Assembly: GCF_003018235.1 (NCBI RefSeq) | Contig: NZ_CP027437.1 | Reading direction: 5' to 3' (one strand) | DNA: 64,000 nt | Origin: Escherichia coli | GTDB taxonomy: Bacteria; Pseudomonadota; Gammaproteobacteria; Enterobacterales; Enterobacteriaceae | Part shown: in pieces, positions 40,013 to 51,396 of the stretch | Position numbering within the stretch: position 1 is the first letter of the stretch | Layout of the letters: the number at the start of each line of letters is the position of its first letter | Notes under the pieces: generated by a model | Database searches by the model: none | What the model saw: the letters and a program-made list of their open reading frames with translations, nothing else | What the model was told of the DNA's origin: nothing | Made by a program: the position numbers and the translations under genes

Positions 40013-42304
40013 TTGTCAGAACTACTCTCTTTCGCCCTTTTTCTCGCCTCTGTGCTGATTTACGCATGGAAAGCGGGACGTAACACCTGGTGGTTTGCAG
40101 CCACATTAACGGTACTGGGGCTATTTGTCGTTTTAAATATCACCCTGTTTGCCAGCGACTATTTTACTGGCGATGGTATTAACGACGCGGTTCTCTATAC
40201 CTTAACCAACAGCCTGACCGGTGCTGGTGTCAGTAAATACATCCTGCCTGGTATCGGCATTGTGCTGGGGCTGACGGCGGTGTTCGGTGCGCTGGGCTGG
40301 ATCCTGCGCCGTCGTCGCCATCATCCGCACCATTTTGGTTACAGCCTGCTGGCACTCTTACTGGCGCTGGGTTCAGTGGATGCCAGCCCGGCATTTCGTC
40401 AGATAACGGAACTAGTGAAATCCCAGTCACGCGACGGCGACCCGGACTTTGCGGCTTATTATAAAGAGCCGTCGAAAACTATCCCTGACCCGAAACTCAA
40501 CCTGGTTTATATCTACGGCGAAAGTCTCGAGCGGACCTATTTTGATAACGAGGCTTTCCCGGATCTCACGCCTGAACTGGGCGCGTTGAAAAATGAAGGC
40601 CTGGATTTCAGCCACACGCAGCAGCTGCCAGGAACGGATTACACGATTGCGGGCATGGTGGCTTCTCAGTGCGGCATACCGCTGTTTGCCCCCTTTGAAG
40701 GCAACGCCTCCGCCTCTGTCTCCAGCTTCTTCCCGCAGAACATCTGTCTGGGAGATATCCTGAAAAACTCGGGTTATCAGAACTATTTCGTGCAGGGCGC
40801 AAATCTGCGTTTTGCAGGTAAAGATGTGTTCCTGAAATCGCACGGCTTCGATCACTTATACGGCTCAGAAGAGCTGAAAAGCGTGGTGGCCGACCCGCAC
40901 TATCGCAACGACTGGGGATTCTACGACGATACCGTTCTCGATGAAGCGTGGAAAAAGTTTGAAGAGCTTTCCCGTTCTGGTCAGCGATTCTCACTGTTTA
41001 CCCTGACGGTCGATACCCATCACCCGGATGGTTTTATCTCGCGCACCTGTAACCGCAAAAAATATGATTTTGACGGTAAGCCTAATCAGTCATTCAGCGC
41101 GGTAAGTTGCAGTCAGGAGAATATCGCGACGTTTATCAACAAAATCAAAGCGTCACCGTGGTTTAAAGATACCGTCATCGTCGTCTCTTCTGACCATTTA
41201 GCGATGAACAACACGGCGTGGAAATACCTTAATAAACAGGATCGCAATAACCTGTTTTTTGTCATCCGTGGCGACAAGCCGCAGCAAGAGACGCTGGCGG
41301 TGAAGCGTAACACGATGGATAACGGCGCGACGGTGCTGGACATTCTCGGTGGCGATAACTATCTCGGACTTGGTCGTAGCAGTTTATCCGGGCAGTCAAT
41401 GTCAGAAATCTTCCTCAATATCAAAGAGAAAACATTGGCGTGGAAGCCGGATATCATCCGCCTGTGGAAATTCCCTAAAGAGATGAAAGAGTTCACCATC
41501 GACCAGCAGAAAAACATGATTGCCTTCTCGGGTAGCCATTTCCGTTTGCCGCTGCTGTTGCGGGTTTCAGACAAACGCGTGGAACCGCTGCCGGAAAGCG
41601 AATACTCAGCACCGCTGCGTTTCCAGCTGGCCGATTTCGCTCCACGCGACAATTTCGTCTGGGTTGACCGTTGCTACAAGATGGCACAACTTTGGGCTCA
41701 GGAACTGGCACTCTCCACCGACTGGTGTGTCTCGCAAGGGCAGCTTGGCGGTCAGCAAATTGTCCAGCATGTTGATAAAACAATGTGGAAGGGCAAAACG
41801 GCATTTAAAGATACGGTCATCGACATGGCGCGTTACAAAGGCAATGTCGATACGCTGAAGATTGTTGATAACGATATTCGCTACAAAGCCGACAGTTTCA
41901 TCTTTAACGTCGCCGGTGCGCCAGAAGAGGTGAAACAGTTTAGCGGGATTTCCCGTCCGGAGTCGTGGGGCCGCTGGTCCAACGCGCAACTGGGCGACGA
42001 AGTAAAAATCGAGTACAAGCATCCGCTGCCGAAGAAATTTGACCTGGTGATTACCGCCAAAGCATACGGCAATAACGCCAGCCGTCCTATTCCGGTACGC
42101 GTAGGCAATGAAGAACAAACTCTTGTGCTGGGCAATGAAGTGACCACCACCACGCTGCATTTCGATAACCCAACCGATGCCGACACGCTGGTAATTGTGC
42201 CGCCGGAACCTGTCTCAACCAACGAAGGGAATATCCTCGGACACTCGCCGCGTAAGCTCGGGATCGGCATGGTAGAAATTAAAGTGGTAGAACGTGAAGG
42301 ATAA
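40013..42304 (+). CDS. opgB: Phosphoglycerol transferase I (OPG biosynthesis)
   Basis: 763 aa with a TTG start, N-terminal TM helices and a sulfatase-like domain. Confidence 0.9.
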   Translation: MSELLSFALFLASVLIYAWKAGRNTWWFAATLTVLGLFVVLNITLFASDYFTGDGINDAVLYTLTNSLTGAGVSKYILPGIGIVLGLTAVFGALGWILRRRRHHPHHFGYSLLALLLALGSVDASPAFRQITELVKSQSRDGDPDFAAYYKEPSKTIPDPKLNLVYIYGESLERTYFDNEAFPDLTPELGALKNEGLDFSHTQQLPGTDYTIAGMVASQCGIPLFAPFEGNASASVSSFFPQNICLGDILKNSGYQNYFVQGANLRFAGKDVFLKSHGFDHLYGSEELKSVVADPHYRNDWGFYDDTVLDEAWKKFEELSRSGQRFSLFTLTVDTHHPDGFISRTCNRKKYDFDGKPNQSFSAVSCSQENIATFINKIKASPWFKDTVIVVSSDHLAMNNTAWKYLNKQDRNNLFFVIRGDKPQQETLAVKRNTMDNGATVLDILGGDNYLGLGRSSLSGQSMSEIFLNIKEKTLAWKPDIIRLWKFPKEMKEFTIDQQKNMIAFSGSHFRLPLLLRVSDKRVEPLPESEYSAPLRFQLADFAPRDNFVWVDRCYKMAQLWAQELALSTDWCVSQGQLGGQQIVQHVDKTMWKGKTAFKDTVIDMARYKGNVDTLKIVDNDIRYKADSFIFNVAGAPEEVKQFSGISRPESWGRWSNAQLGDEVKIEYKHPLPKKFDLVITAKAYGNNASRPIPVRVGNEEQTLVLGNEVTTTTLHFDNPTDADTLVIVPPEPVSTNEGNILGHSPRKLGIGMVEIKVVEREG

Positions 42305-42318
42305 TTCCTGACTGATGT

Positions 42319-42343
42319 GTAGGTCGCATAAGGTGCGACCTAC
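42319..42343. repeat. REP-like palindrome / terminator after opgB
   Basis: GTAGGTCGCA-TAAGG-TGCGACCTAC. Confidence 0.6.
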
Positions 42344-42441
42344 ACGCCTTCTCCGGCTTACAACACACTATTAAGAAACAAAAAAAACAGCGCCCAACAC
42401 TTCCCCGGACGCTGCATGGCAACTTTAATAATCTCGCCTTA

Positions 42442-43464
42442 TCAGAAAGTAATTACACCCTTAATCAACTCACGATTGTTAATCACATCACGCTCGTAGG
42501 TTTCTGCCAGCGTGGCGAACGGGTAGCGATGGGTTAACATCATGTCGGCAGTGATTTTCCCTTCCGCCATCAGTCGACCGACTTTAGCGAAATCTTCCGG
42601 CGTGGCGTTGCGGCTACCCATCATCGTCGTTTCTTTTTTATGGAATTCTGGATCGGAGAACTGCAACTCACCTTTAAACAGACCGACAAATACCACCGTG
42701 CCGCCGTGACGAATCAGATTCACGGTGTTATTCATCGCATGTTGATTACCTGTCGCGTCGATCACTTTCTGCGCCAGAGAACCACCAAACTGCGCCCGCA
42801 GCTGCGCGTCAAAATCTTCGGCTGATGGGTCCAGCACGGGCAACTCCAGACGCGTTGCCACATGTTCACGGCGCGCCGGACTGGTATCCGCCACCACCAC
42901 CTGTGCGCCATCGGCTTTAGCGATTGCCGCCGCGCCCAGACCGATTGGCCCCGCCCCGACCACCAGCACCTGCTCGCCGGGAGCAATGGCTGCGCGACGT
43001 ACCGCATGAGCGCTAATAGCGAAAGGTTCAATCAATGCTGCCGCCTGCGGGTCAATACCATCTGCGGGCAAAATGTTCGCCACCGGCACGCTCAAATACT
43101 CACTAAAACCGCCATCCTGATGCACGCCAATGACTGAAATTTTTTCACAGCAATTGGTACGCCCGCTTTTACACGCCGGGCATTGCTGACAGGCAACATA
43201 AGGGATCACCGCTACTTGCTGTCCATTTTTAAGATTTGCAATATTTTTACCCAGCCCAACAATCTCCCCACATATTTCATGGCCTAAAACCCGTGGATAA
43301 CTAAAAAATGGTTGATTTCCACCCCAGGCATGAATATCGGTACCGCAAATCCCGACAGACTTAATTTTTATTAATGCTTCATTGTCACCCGGAATAGGTA
43401 TCTCGCGTTGTTTCCAGACTAATTCTTTCGGCTGCTGGCAAATTAAAACATTCATCGTAGACAT
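42442..43464 (-). CDS. lgoD: L-galactonate-5-dehydrogenase (Zn-dependent ADH family)
   Basis: 340 aa from MSTMNVLICQQPKE. Motifs GICGTDIH and GHE are present. Confidence 0.85.
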   Translation of the reverse strand: MSTMNVLICQQPKELVWKQREIPIPGDNEALIKIKSVGICGTDIHAWGGNQPFFSYPRVLGHEICGEIVGLGKNIANLKNGQQVAVIPYVACQQCPACKSGRTNCCEKISVIGVHQDGGFSEYLSVPVANILPADGIDPQAAALIEPFAISAHAVRRAAIAPGEQVLVVGAGPIGLGAAAIAKADGAQVVVADTSPARREHVATRLELPVLDPSAEDFDAQLRAQFGGSLAQKVIDATGNQHAMNNTVNLIRHGGTVVFVGLFKGELQFSDPEFHKKETTMMGSRNATPEDFAKVGRLMAEGKITADMMLTHRYPFATLAETYERDVINNRELIKGVITF

Positions 43465-43602
43465 GATTCGGCTCTCCATTTTTTGTTGCCTTAGATATCA
43501 ATGAAAATGAAAAATGGCAGCGGAACGGAAAATCTGTTTTGTGAAAACACACGCATAAAAATGTTTTAAATCGGGTTTTAATGGACTCACAAGGAGGAAA
43601 AT

Positions 43603-44517
43603 ATGAGTCGTTCACAAAATTTACGCCACAATGTGATTAACCAGGTCATTGATGATATGGCGCGGGGTCATATCCCTTCCCCACTTCCATCGCAAAGTGC
43701 GCTGGCGGAAATGTACAACATCAGCCGCACTACAGTGCGTCATATTCTCAGCCACTTACGCGAATGCGGCGTCTTAACGCAGGTTGGAAACGACTATGTG
43801 ATTGCGCGTAAACCTGACCATGATGACGGTTTCGCCTGTACTACCGCTTCAATGAGTGAACAAAACAAAGTGTTTGAGCAGGCTTTTTTCACGATGATAA
43901 ACCAGCGCCAGTTACGCCCTGGGGAAACTTTTTCTGAACTGCAACTGGCTCGGGCCGCGGGTGTCAGCCCGGTTGTAGTAAGAGAATATCTTTTAAAATT
44001 CGGCCGTTATAATCTTATTCAAAGCGAAAAGCGCGGCCAGTGGAGCATGAAGCAATTCGATCAATCCTACGCCGAGCAGCTGTTTGAACTACGCGAAATG
44101 CTCGAAACACATTCACTTCAGCACTTTCTCAACCTGCCTGATCATGATCCCCGCTGGCTGCAGGCGAAAACCATGCTCGAACGTCATCGGCTACTGCGTG
44201 ACAACATCGGCAATAGCTTTCGCATGTTCTCGCAACTTGACAGAGATTTTCACTCCTTACTGCTTTCAGCTGCCGACAATATCTTTTTTGATCAATCTCT
44301 TGAGATCATCTCAGTCATCTTTCATTTTCACTATCAATGGGACGAAAGCGATCTTAAACAGCGCAATATCATTACCGTCGATGAGCATATGACCATTCTC
44401 AGCGCTCTGATTTGCCGCAGTGACCTTGATGCCACCCTTGCGCTCCGTAACCATTTGAATTCAGCTAAACAATCAATGATTCGATCCATTAATGAGAACA
44501 CGCGTTATGCTCATTAA
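43603..44517 (+). CDS. lgoR: GntR-family regulator LgoR
   Basis: 304 aa with an N-terminal GntR wHTH (LPSQSALAEMYNISRTTVRHILSHL). Confidence 0.85.
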   Translation: MSRSQNLRHNVINQVIDDMARGHIPSPLPSQSALAEMYNISRTTVRHILSHLRECGVLTQVGNDYVIARKPDHDDGFACTTASMSEQNKVFEQAFFTMINQRQLRPGETFSELQLARAAGVSPVVVREYLLKFGRYNLIQSEKRGQWSMKQFDQSYAEQLFELREMLETHSLQHFLNLPDHDPRWLQAKTMLERHRLLRDNIGNSFRMFSQLDRDFHSLLLSAADNIFFDQSLEIISVIFHFHYQWDESDLKQRNIITVDEHMTILSALICRSDLDATLALRNHLNSAKQSMIRSINENTRYAH

Positions 44518-44731
44518 GTACGGATTAAAAACAGCAAACTATTAGCGGGGGCACGGTTTTATCAAAAGATAAATACCGGGAAATTCCCGCTTACCTATGC
44601 TCACAATCAGTCGACTAAAAATGTTTTTGTGAGCGGTAGTAAAGTCCTAAAACTTTAACCTGCCGTTAATGTCAACCTTGCGTAATGCACAATTACGTAA
44701 ACAATTAAAATTATAAATACAGGAGTCCGGC

Positions 44732-46093
44732 GTGGAAAAAGAAAATATCACCCTCGATCCGCGTTCTTCATTTACTCCATCTTCGTCGGCAGATATTCCC
44801 GTGCCACCAGATGGATTAGTTCAACGCAGTACCCGAATTAAACGCATTCAAACCACCGCCATGTTGTTATTATTTTTTGCGGCGGTAATCAATTATCTCG
44901 ACCGCAGTTCGCTGTCGGTAGCAAATTTAACGATTCGTGAAGAATTGGGATTAAGTGCCACCGAAATCGGCGCTTTGCTCTCCGTGTTTTCACTCGCTTA
45001 CGGGATTGCGCAACTTCCTTGCGGCCCACTATTGGATCGTAAAGGCCCACGCCTGATGCTGGGACTGGGGATGTTCTTCTGGTCACTGTTCCAGGCCATG
45101 TCTGGCATGGTGCACAGCTTTACGCAGTTCGTGTTGGTGCGTATCGGTATGGGGATTGGTGAAGCGCCGATGAACCCATGTGGCGTAAAAGTCATTAACG
45201 ACTGGTTCAACATCAAAGAGCGCGGACGCCCGATGGGCTTCTTCAACGCAGCTTCTACCATTGGCGTTGCCGTAAGCCCACCGATTCTGGCGGCGATGAT
45301 GCTGGTGATGGGCTGGCGTGGGATGTTTATTACCATTGGTGTGCTGGGGATTTTTCTCGCCATTGGCTGGTATATGCTCTATCGCAACCGCGAGCACGTA
45401 GAACTGACTGCCGTTGAACAAGCTTATCTCAATGCAGGTAGCGTCAATGCCCGCCGAGATCCGCTCAGTTTTGCCGAATGGCGCAGCCTGTTCCGTAACC
45501 GCACAATGTGGGGAATGATGCTCGGATTCAGTGGCATCAACTACACTGCGTGGCTGTATCTGGCCTGGCTTCCTGGTTACCTGCAAACAGCCTATAACCT
45601 GGATTTAAAAAGCACAGGGTTGATGGCGGCTATCCCTTTCCTGTTTGGGGCTGCCGGGATGCTGGTCAACGGTTACGTTACTGACTGGCTGGTCAAAGGG
45701 GGAATGGCTCCGATTAAAAGCCGTAAGATCTGCATTATTGCCGGGATGTTCTGTTCTGCCGCCTTTACGCTGGTCGTACCGCAAGCGACAACATCCATGA
45801 CGGCGGTTCTGCTGATTGGCATGGCACTGTTCTGTATTCACTTTGCCGGAACATCCTGCTGGGGCTTGATCCACGTCGCAGTTGCTTCTCGCATGACGGC
45901 GTCGGTGGGCAGTATCCAGAACTTTGCCAGCTTCATCTGCGCCTCTTTTGCGCCGATCATTACTGGTTTTATTGTTGATACCACCCACTCATTCCGTCTG
46001 GCACTAATCATCTGCGGTTGCGTCACCGCAGCGGGAGCACTGGCGTACATCTTCCTGGTTCGTCAGCCGATCAACGACCCGCGTAAAGATTAA
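44732..46093 (+). CDS. lgoT: MFS L-galactonate transporter LgoT
   Basis: 453 aa, GTG start, 12-TM MFS pattern. Confidence 0.85.
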   Translation: MEKENITLDPRSSFTPSSSADIPVPPDGLVQRSTRIKRIQTTAMLLLFFAAVINYLDRSSLSVANLTIREELGLSATEIGALLSVFSLAYGIAQLPCGPLLDRKGPRLMLGLGMFFWSLFQAMSGMVHSFTQFVLVRIGMGIGEAPMNPCGVKVINDWFNIKERGRPMGFFNAASTIGVAVSPPILAAMMLVMGWRGMFITIGVLGIFLAIGWYMLYRNREHVELTAVEQAYLNAGSVNARRDPLSFAEWRSLFRNRTMWGMMLGFSGINYTAWLYLAWLPGYLQTAYNLDLKSTGLMAAIPFLFGAAGMLVNGYVTDWLVKGGMAPIKSRKICIIAGMFCSAAFTLVVPQATTSMTAVLLIGMALFCIHFAGTSCWGLIHVAVASRMTASVGSIQNFASFICASFAPIITGFIVDTTHSFRLALIICGCVTAAGALAYIFLVRQPINDPRKD

Positions 46094-46141
46094 ACTCCCT
46101 ATGCCCGATAACATTTTGCTTATCGGGCATTTTTATGGCGA

Positions 46142-47806
46142 TTAAAACGTTTCCCAGTTCTCCCCGCTATCTGCCACTGCCATTTTACGCGGCGTAGCTG
46201 GCGTCACGTTTTTTACCACAGCCGATGTTTCACGCTGCTGTTGCTGCTGTTGCTGAATCCGGAACACTGCCACAGCTTCGGTCAGGCGACTGGCCTGCTC
46301 TTCCAGCGCGGCGGCGGCAGCGGCAGATTCTTCCACCAGCGCAGCGTTCTGTTGAGTTACCCGGTCCATCTCAGCAACCGCTAAGCCAACCTGATCGATA
46401 CCACGGCTCTGCTCATCAGAAGCAGAAGCAATTTCGCCCATAATGTCCGTCACGCGGGTCACAGCGCTGACAATCTCCGCCATTGTTTCCCCGGCGCTTT
46501 CGACCAGCGTAGAGCCAACATCCACTTTCCCCACCGAGTCTTCAATCAGGCTTTTAATTTCGCGAGCCGCCTGGGCGCTGCGCTGGGCCAGATTACGCAC
46601 TTCGCCCGCGACCACCGCAAAACCGCGCCCTTGCTCACCCGCACGCGCAGCCTCAACCGCCGCGTTCAAAGCCAGAATATTGGTCTGGAAGGCAATGCCG
46701 TCAATTACGCTGATAATATCGGCGATTTTCTGCGAACTGGTGGAGATATCGCGCATGGTCTGCACCACGTTATCCACCACTTTGCCGCCGCGTTGCGCCG
46801 TTTCGGAAGCACTTAACGCCAGGTGGCTGGCCTGACGCGCATTTTCGGCGTTCTGCTTCACCGTTGCGGTCAGTTGCTCCATGCTGGCTGCCGTCTCTTC
46901 CAGCGAAGCGGCCTGTTGCTCGGTGCGCGAAGAGAGATCGTTATTGCCGGTGGCGATTTCGCTGGCACCGCTATAGATGGCATTGGCCCCGTTGCGCACA
47001 TCACCGACGGTACGCATCAGCTCTCCCTGCATATGGCGCAAACTCTCTGCCAGTTGCCCCATCTCATTAGAGCCATCCACCTCAATCGGTTTCACCAGAT
47101 CGCCGCCTGCAATATGACGAATGCTGTCAATCAGGCGATTCATTGGCGCTACCAACGAGGCTTTAATACCGAACCAGACGGCGAAGATGACCGCCAGTAC
47201 GACGATCATCACGCCCACCAGGATCCACATCGCCTGGCTGTAGGAGGCATTATTATCGCTGACGGCGATATCATAGAGCCGATCGTTTTGCTCCATGTAA
47301 GCCACATACTGCTTCTCGAAACCGTCCTGATATCCCTGGGTCGGCTGATCAAAGAACTCGTTGATTTTGCCTGCACCTAACAGTTGGATCAGCTCCGCCA
47401 GCGCATTGTGATAAATATCGTAATTACGTTTGATCTCTGCCGCTGCGGCGGTGCTCTGACGCGGGTCACGCGGCAACGCTTCGTAATCCGCCCAGTTTTT
47501 TTCCGCCTGTTTCAGCGAAATACTGGCACTCTGCATCAGCTCAGCAACGGTTGAACCGCTACCAATATTATTCTGATCCATCATGTAGCGGATACCCGCG
47601 CGGTTGAGGGTGTTACGCGTCTGCAACAACGCGACCCAGCTGCCATTCAGCGTGGATTGCTGCTGGCGAATGGTTTGTAAAACAGTGAAATTTTCTTTGT
47701 CATTCTTTAAGGCATTAAAGAACAGACCGCCTGATGTCAGTTGTAAAAGGCCAAAAACGGCCAAAACCAGCAGTAAGCTGGTCACAATTTTGATACGTTT
47801 TAACAT
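46142..47806 (-). CDS. tsr: Serine chemoreceptor Tsr
   Basis: 554 aa with HAMP and MCP signalling domains, the C-terminal NWETF pentapeptide, and a run of seven Gln codons at 46235-46255. Confidence 0.95.
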   Translation of the reverse strand: MLKRIKIVTSLLLVLAVFGLLQLTSGGLFFNALKNDKENFTVLQTIRQQQSTLNGSWVALLQTRNTLNRAGIRYMMDQNNIGSGSTVAELMQSASISLKQAEKNWADYEALPRDPRQSTAAAAEIKRNYDIYHNALAELIQLLGAGKINEFFDQPTQGYQDGFEKQYVAYMEQNDRLYDIAVSDNNASYSQAMWILVGVMIVVLAVIFAVWFGIKASLVAPMNRLIDSIRHIAGGDLVKPIEVDGSNEMGQLAESLRHMQGELMRTVGDVRNGANAIYSGASEIATGNNDLSSRTEQQAASLEETAASMEQLTATVKQNAENARQASHLALSASETAQRGGKVVDNVVQTMRDISTSSQKIADIISVIDGIAFQTNILALNAAVEAARAGEQGRGFAVVAGEVRNLAQRSAQAAREIKSLIEDSVGKVDVGSTLVESAGETMAEIVSAVTRVTDIMGEIASASDEQSRGIDQVGLAVAEMDRVTQQNAALVEESAAAAAALEEQASRLTEAVAVFRIQQQQQQQRETSAVVKNVTPATPRKMAVADSGENWETF

Positions 47807-47924
47807 GTTTTCTCTTTCCTGTGGACCGATGCAAGATTTTCGGCCTGGAAAGGAAAAACTTTATGAAAAGGTGTAACCCGCCATCCATGGAAAAACCAGG
47901 CGCTGGTTATCAGATATTAAAAAG

Positions 47925-48371
47925 TTATTCATTATCGCCCGGGATGTCTTCTTGTCGGGAATTACCCAGAGCAATAAATTCCTCTAACAGATGGGTTAAC
48001 TGTTGCATTTTCTCGGCAGTAAACTGAGCTTCAATCTGCCGATAGGCCTCTTCAATCTGTGTCTGAGCGCGGTTATACAGCGCCTGCCCCTCTTTGGTCA
48101 GCGAGATATAGAGCTTCCGCTGATCATTGATCGGCTTTAATCGCAACACTAAACCGTCGCGTTCCATCCGCGTAAGGATCCCGGTCAGGCTTGGGCGCAA
48201 AATGCAGGCGCGATACGCCAGATCGTGAAAATCCATTGATGGGCTTTCCGCCAGAATACGCACGATGCGCCACTGTTGCTCAGTCAAATTATGCCGTTTA
48301 ACGATTGGGCGAAAATAACTCATCGCCGCTTCTCGCGCCTGGAGCAACGCAATGGTTAGAGAGTCGTGCAT
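47925..48371 (-). CDS. hpaR: MarR-family repressor HpaR
   Basis: 148 aa from MHDSLTIALLQAREAAM. Confidence 0.85.
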   Translation of the reverse strand: MHDSLTIALLQAREAAMSYFRPIVKRHNLTEQQWRIVRILAESPSMDFHDLAYRACILRPSLTGILTRMERDGLVLRLKPINDQRKLYISLTKEGQALYNRAQTQIEEAYRQIEAQFTAEKMQQLTHLLEEFIALGNSRQEDIPGDNE

Positions 48372-48642
48372 TATCTTTCCCCTGAAAAATTCAAAATCAT
48401 TAATATAGAAACAGTTAATCATCACGTTACCGGGACTGCGCTGCCCCTGCAATTCTTCATTTTATCAAAATTGAGCATGTTTTGTTAACTTGCTGATATT
48501 TAATATTTTATTATCTTTAAATGTAAATGGTTTGTTAATTAGATCACATTTACATCACTTACTTTTGCCAAACTACGCAATCGGGAATAAAAGTAATCAT
48601 TAACATATTAATGATTAAGATGATCGAATCCGAGGAGTGGTA

Positions 48643-49932
48643 ATGAAAGGCACTATCTTCGCCGTAGCGTTGAACCATCGCAGCCAGCTTGATGCATGGC
48701 AGGAAGCGTTCCAGCAATCCCCCTACAAAACCCCGCCTAAAACTGCGGTCTGGTTTATTAAACCACGCAATACGGTGATTGGTTGCGGTGAACGGATTCC
48801 CTTTCCACAGGGTGAAAAGGTACTGAGCGGTGCGACTGTTGCGTTGATGGTGGGGAAAACGGCGACGAAAGTACGTGAAGAAGATGCGGCAGAGTACATC
48901 GCCGGATATGCGCTGGCTAACGACGTCAGCCTGCCGGAAGAGAGCTTTTACCGCCCGGCAATCAAAGCAAAATGTCGTGATGGATTCTGCCCCATTGGCG
49001 AAACCGTGGCTCTCAGCAATGTCGATAATCTGACTATCTATACCGAGATCAACGGGCGTCCTGCCGATCACTGGAATACCGCCGATTTACAACGTAACGC
49101 CGCACAGTTGCTGAGCGCCCTGAGCGAATTTGCCACGCTGAATCCAGGCGATGCCATTCTGCTCGGCACGCCACAGGCGCGCGTGGAAATACAGCCAGGC
49201 GATCGCGTGCGTGTTCTCGCAGAAGGTTTCCCGCCACTGGAAAATCCGGTAGTGGACGAACGTGAAGTGACCACGCGCAAGAGCTTCCCAACGCAGCCAC
49301 ACCCGCACGGCACGCTGTTTGCCCTCGGCCTGAACTACGCCGACCACGCCAGCGAACTGGAATTTAAGCCACCGGAAGAACCGCTGGTGTTCCTGAAAGC
49401 GCCGAATACCCTCACTGGCGATAACCAGACCTCCGTGCGCCCGAACAATATTGAATACATGCACTACGAAGCGGAGCTGGTGGTAGTTATTGGCAAGCAG
49501 GCGCGTAACGTCAGCGAAGCCGATGCCATGGATTATGTCGCGGGCTACACCGTGTGTAACGACTACGCCATTCGCGACTATCTGGAAAACTACTACCGCC
49601 CTAACCTGCGGGTAAAAAGCCGCGACGGACTGACGCCGATGCTTTCAACCATCGTGCCGAAAGAGGCGATCCCGGACCCGCATAATCTGACCCTTCGCAC
49701 CTTCGTCAACGGCGAGTTACGCCAGCAAGGCACCACCGCCGATCTGATCTTCAGCGTGCCCTTCCTGATCGCCTACTTAAGCGAATTTATGACCCTGAAT
49801 CCGGGCGACATGATCGCCACCGGCACACCAAAAGGCTTATCTGACGTGGTGCCTGGCGATGAAGTAGTGGTGGAAGTAGAAGGCGTGGGCCGCCTGGTGA
49901 ACCGAATTGTGAGTGAGGAAACAGCGAAATGA
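48643..49932 (+). CDS. hpaG: Bifunctional OPET decarboxylase / HHDD isomerase HpaG
   Basis: 429 aa with a duplicated FAH-family domain. Confidence 0.9.
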   Translation: MKGTIFAVALNHRSQLDAWQEAFQQSPYKTPPKTAVWFIKPRNTVIGCGERIPFPQGEKVLSGATVALMVGKTATKVREEDAAEYIAGYALANDVSLPEESFYRPAIKAKCRDGFCPIGETVALSNVDNLTIYTEINGRPADHWNTADLQRNAAQLLSALSEFATLNPGDAILLGTPQARVEIQPGDRVRVLAEGFPPLENPVVDEREVTTRKSFPTQPHPHGTLFALGLNYADHASELEFKPPEEPLVFLKAPNTLTGDNQTSVRPNNIEYMHYEAELVVVIGKQARNVSEADAMDYVAGYTVCNDYAIRDYLENYYRPNLRVKSRDGLTPMLSTIVPKEAIPDPHNLTLRTFVNGELRQQGTTADLIFSVPFLIAYLSEFMTLNPGDMIATGTPKGLSDVVPGDEVVVEVEGVGRLVNRIVSEETAK

Positions 49933-51395
49933 AAAAAGTAAATCATTGGATCAACGGCAAAAATGTTGCAGGTAACGACTACTTCCAGACCACCAATCCG
50001 GCAACGGGTGAAGTGCTGGCAGATGTGGCCTCCGGCGGTGAAGCGGAGATCAATCAGGCGGTAGCGGCAGCGAAAGAGGCGTTCCCGAAATGGGCCAATC
50101 TGCCGATGAAAGAGCGTGCGCGCCTGATGCGCCGTCTGGGCGATCTGATCGACCAGAACGTGCCTGAGATCGCCGCGATGGAAACCGCGGACACGGGCCT
50201 GCCGATCCATCAGACCAAAAATGTATTGATCCCACGCGCTTCTCACAACTTTGAATTTTTCGCGGAAGTCTGCCAGCAGATGAACGGCAAGACCTATCCG
50301 GTTGACGACAAGATGCTCAACTACACGCTGGTGCAACCGGTAGGCGTTTGTGCGCTGGTATCGCCGTGGAACGTGCCGTTTATGACCGCCACATGGAAGG
50401 TCGCGCCGTGTCTGGCGCTGGGCAATACCGCGGTGTTGAAAATGTCGGAACTCTCCCCGCTGACCGCTGACCGCCTGGGTGAGCTGGCGCTGGAAGCCGG
50501 TATTCCGGCGGGCGTGCTGAACGTGGTACAGGGCTACGGCGCAACCGCAGGCGATGCGCTGGTTCGTCATCATGACGTACGTGCCGTGTCGTTCACCGGC
50601 GGTACGGCCACCGGGCGCAACATCATGAAAAACGCCGGGCTGAAAAAATACTCCATGGAACTGGGCGGTAAATCGCCGGTGCTGATTTTTGAAGATGCCG
50701 ATATTGAACGCGCGCTGGACGCTGCCCTGTTCACCATCTTCTCGATCAACGGCGAGCGCTGCACCGCCGGTTCGCGCATCTTTATTCAGCAAAGCATCTA
50801 CCCGGAATTCGTTAAACGCTTTGCCGAACGCGCCAACCGTCTGCGCGTGGGCGATCCGAACGATCCGAATACCCAGGTTGGGGCGCTTATCAGCCAGCAA
50901 CACTGGGAAAAAGTCTCCGGCTATATTCGTCTCGGCATTGAAGAAGGCGCAACCCTGCTGGCGGGCGGTCCGGATAAACCGTCCGACCTGCCTGCGCACC
51001 TGAAAGGCGGCAACTTCCTGCGCCCAACGGTGCTGGCTGACGTTGATAACCGTATGCGCGTCGCCCAGGAAGAGATTTTCGGGCCGGTCGCCTGTCTGCT
51101 GCCGTTTAAAGACGAAGCTGAAGGTCTGCGCCTGGCAAATGACGTGGAGTATGGCCTCGCGTCGTACATCTGGACGCAGGATGTCAGCAAAGTGTTACGC
51201 CTGGCGCGTGGCATTGAAGCAGGCATGGTGTTCGTCAACACCCAGAACGTGCGCGACCTGCGCCAGCCGTTTGGCGGCGTAAAAGCCTCCGGCACCGGGC
51301 GTGAAGGCGGTGAGTACAGCTTCGAAGTGTTCGCGGAAATGAAGAACGTCTGCATTTCCATGGGCGAGCATCCAATTCCGAAATGGGGAGTCTGA
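49929..51395 (+). CDS. hpaE: 5-carboxymethyl-2-hydroxymuconate semialdehyde dehydrogenase
   Basis: 488-aa aldehyde dehydrogenase (ELGGKSP, ERCTAGS). Confidence 0.9.
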   Translation: MKKVNHWINGKNVAGNDYFQTTNPATGEVLADVASGGEAEINQAVAAAKEAFPKWANLPMKERARLMRRLGDLIDQNVPEIAAMETADTGLPIHQTKNVLIPRASHNFEFFAEVCQQMNGKTYPVDDKMLNYTLVQPVGVCALVSPWNVPFMTATWKVAPCLALGNTAVLKMSELSPLTADRLGELALEAGIPAGVLNVVQGYGATAGDALVRHHDVRAVSFTGGTATGRNIMKNAGLKKYSMELGGKSPVLIFEDADIERALDAALFTIFSINGERCTAGSRIFIQQSIYPEFVKRFAERANRLRVGDPNDPNTQVGALISQQHWEKVSGYIRLGIEEGATLLAGGPDKPSDLPAHLKGGNFLRPTVLADVDNRMRVAQEEIFGPVACLLPFKDEAEGLRLANDVEYGLASYIWTQDVSKVLRLARGIEAGMVFVNTQNVRDLRQPFGGVKASGTGREGGEYSFEVFAEMKNVCISMGEHPIPKWGV

Positions 51396-51396
51396 T

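Noticed and set aside
49773-50999. 408-aa ORF on the minus strand
   Set aside because: It lies entirely antisense to hpaE, which is confidently recognised. Its translation is Arg/His/Gly-rich low-complexity text, typical of a shadow ORF in GC-rich coding DNA.
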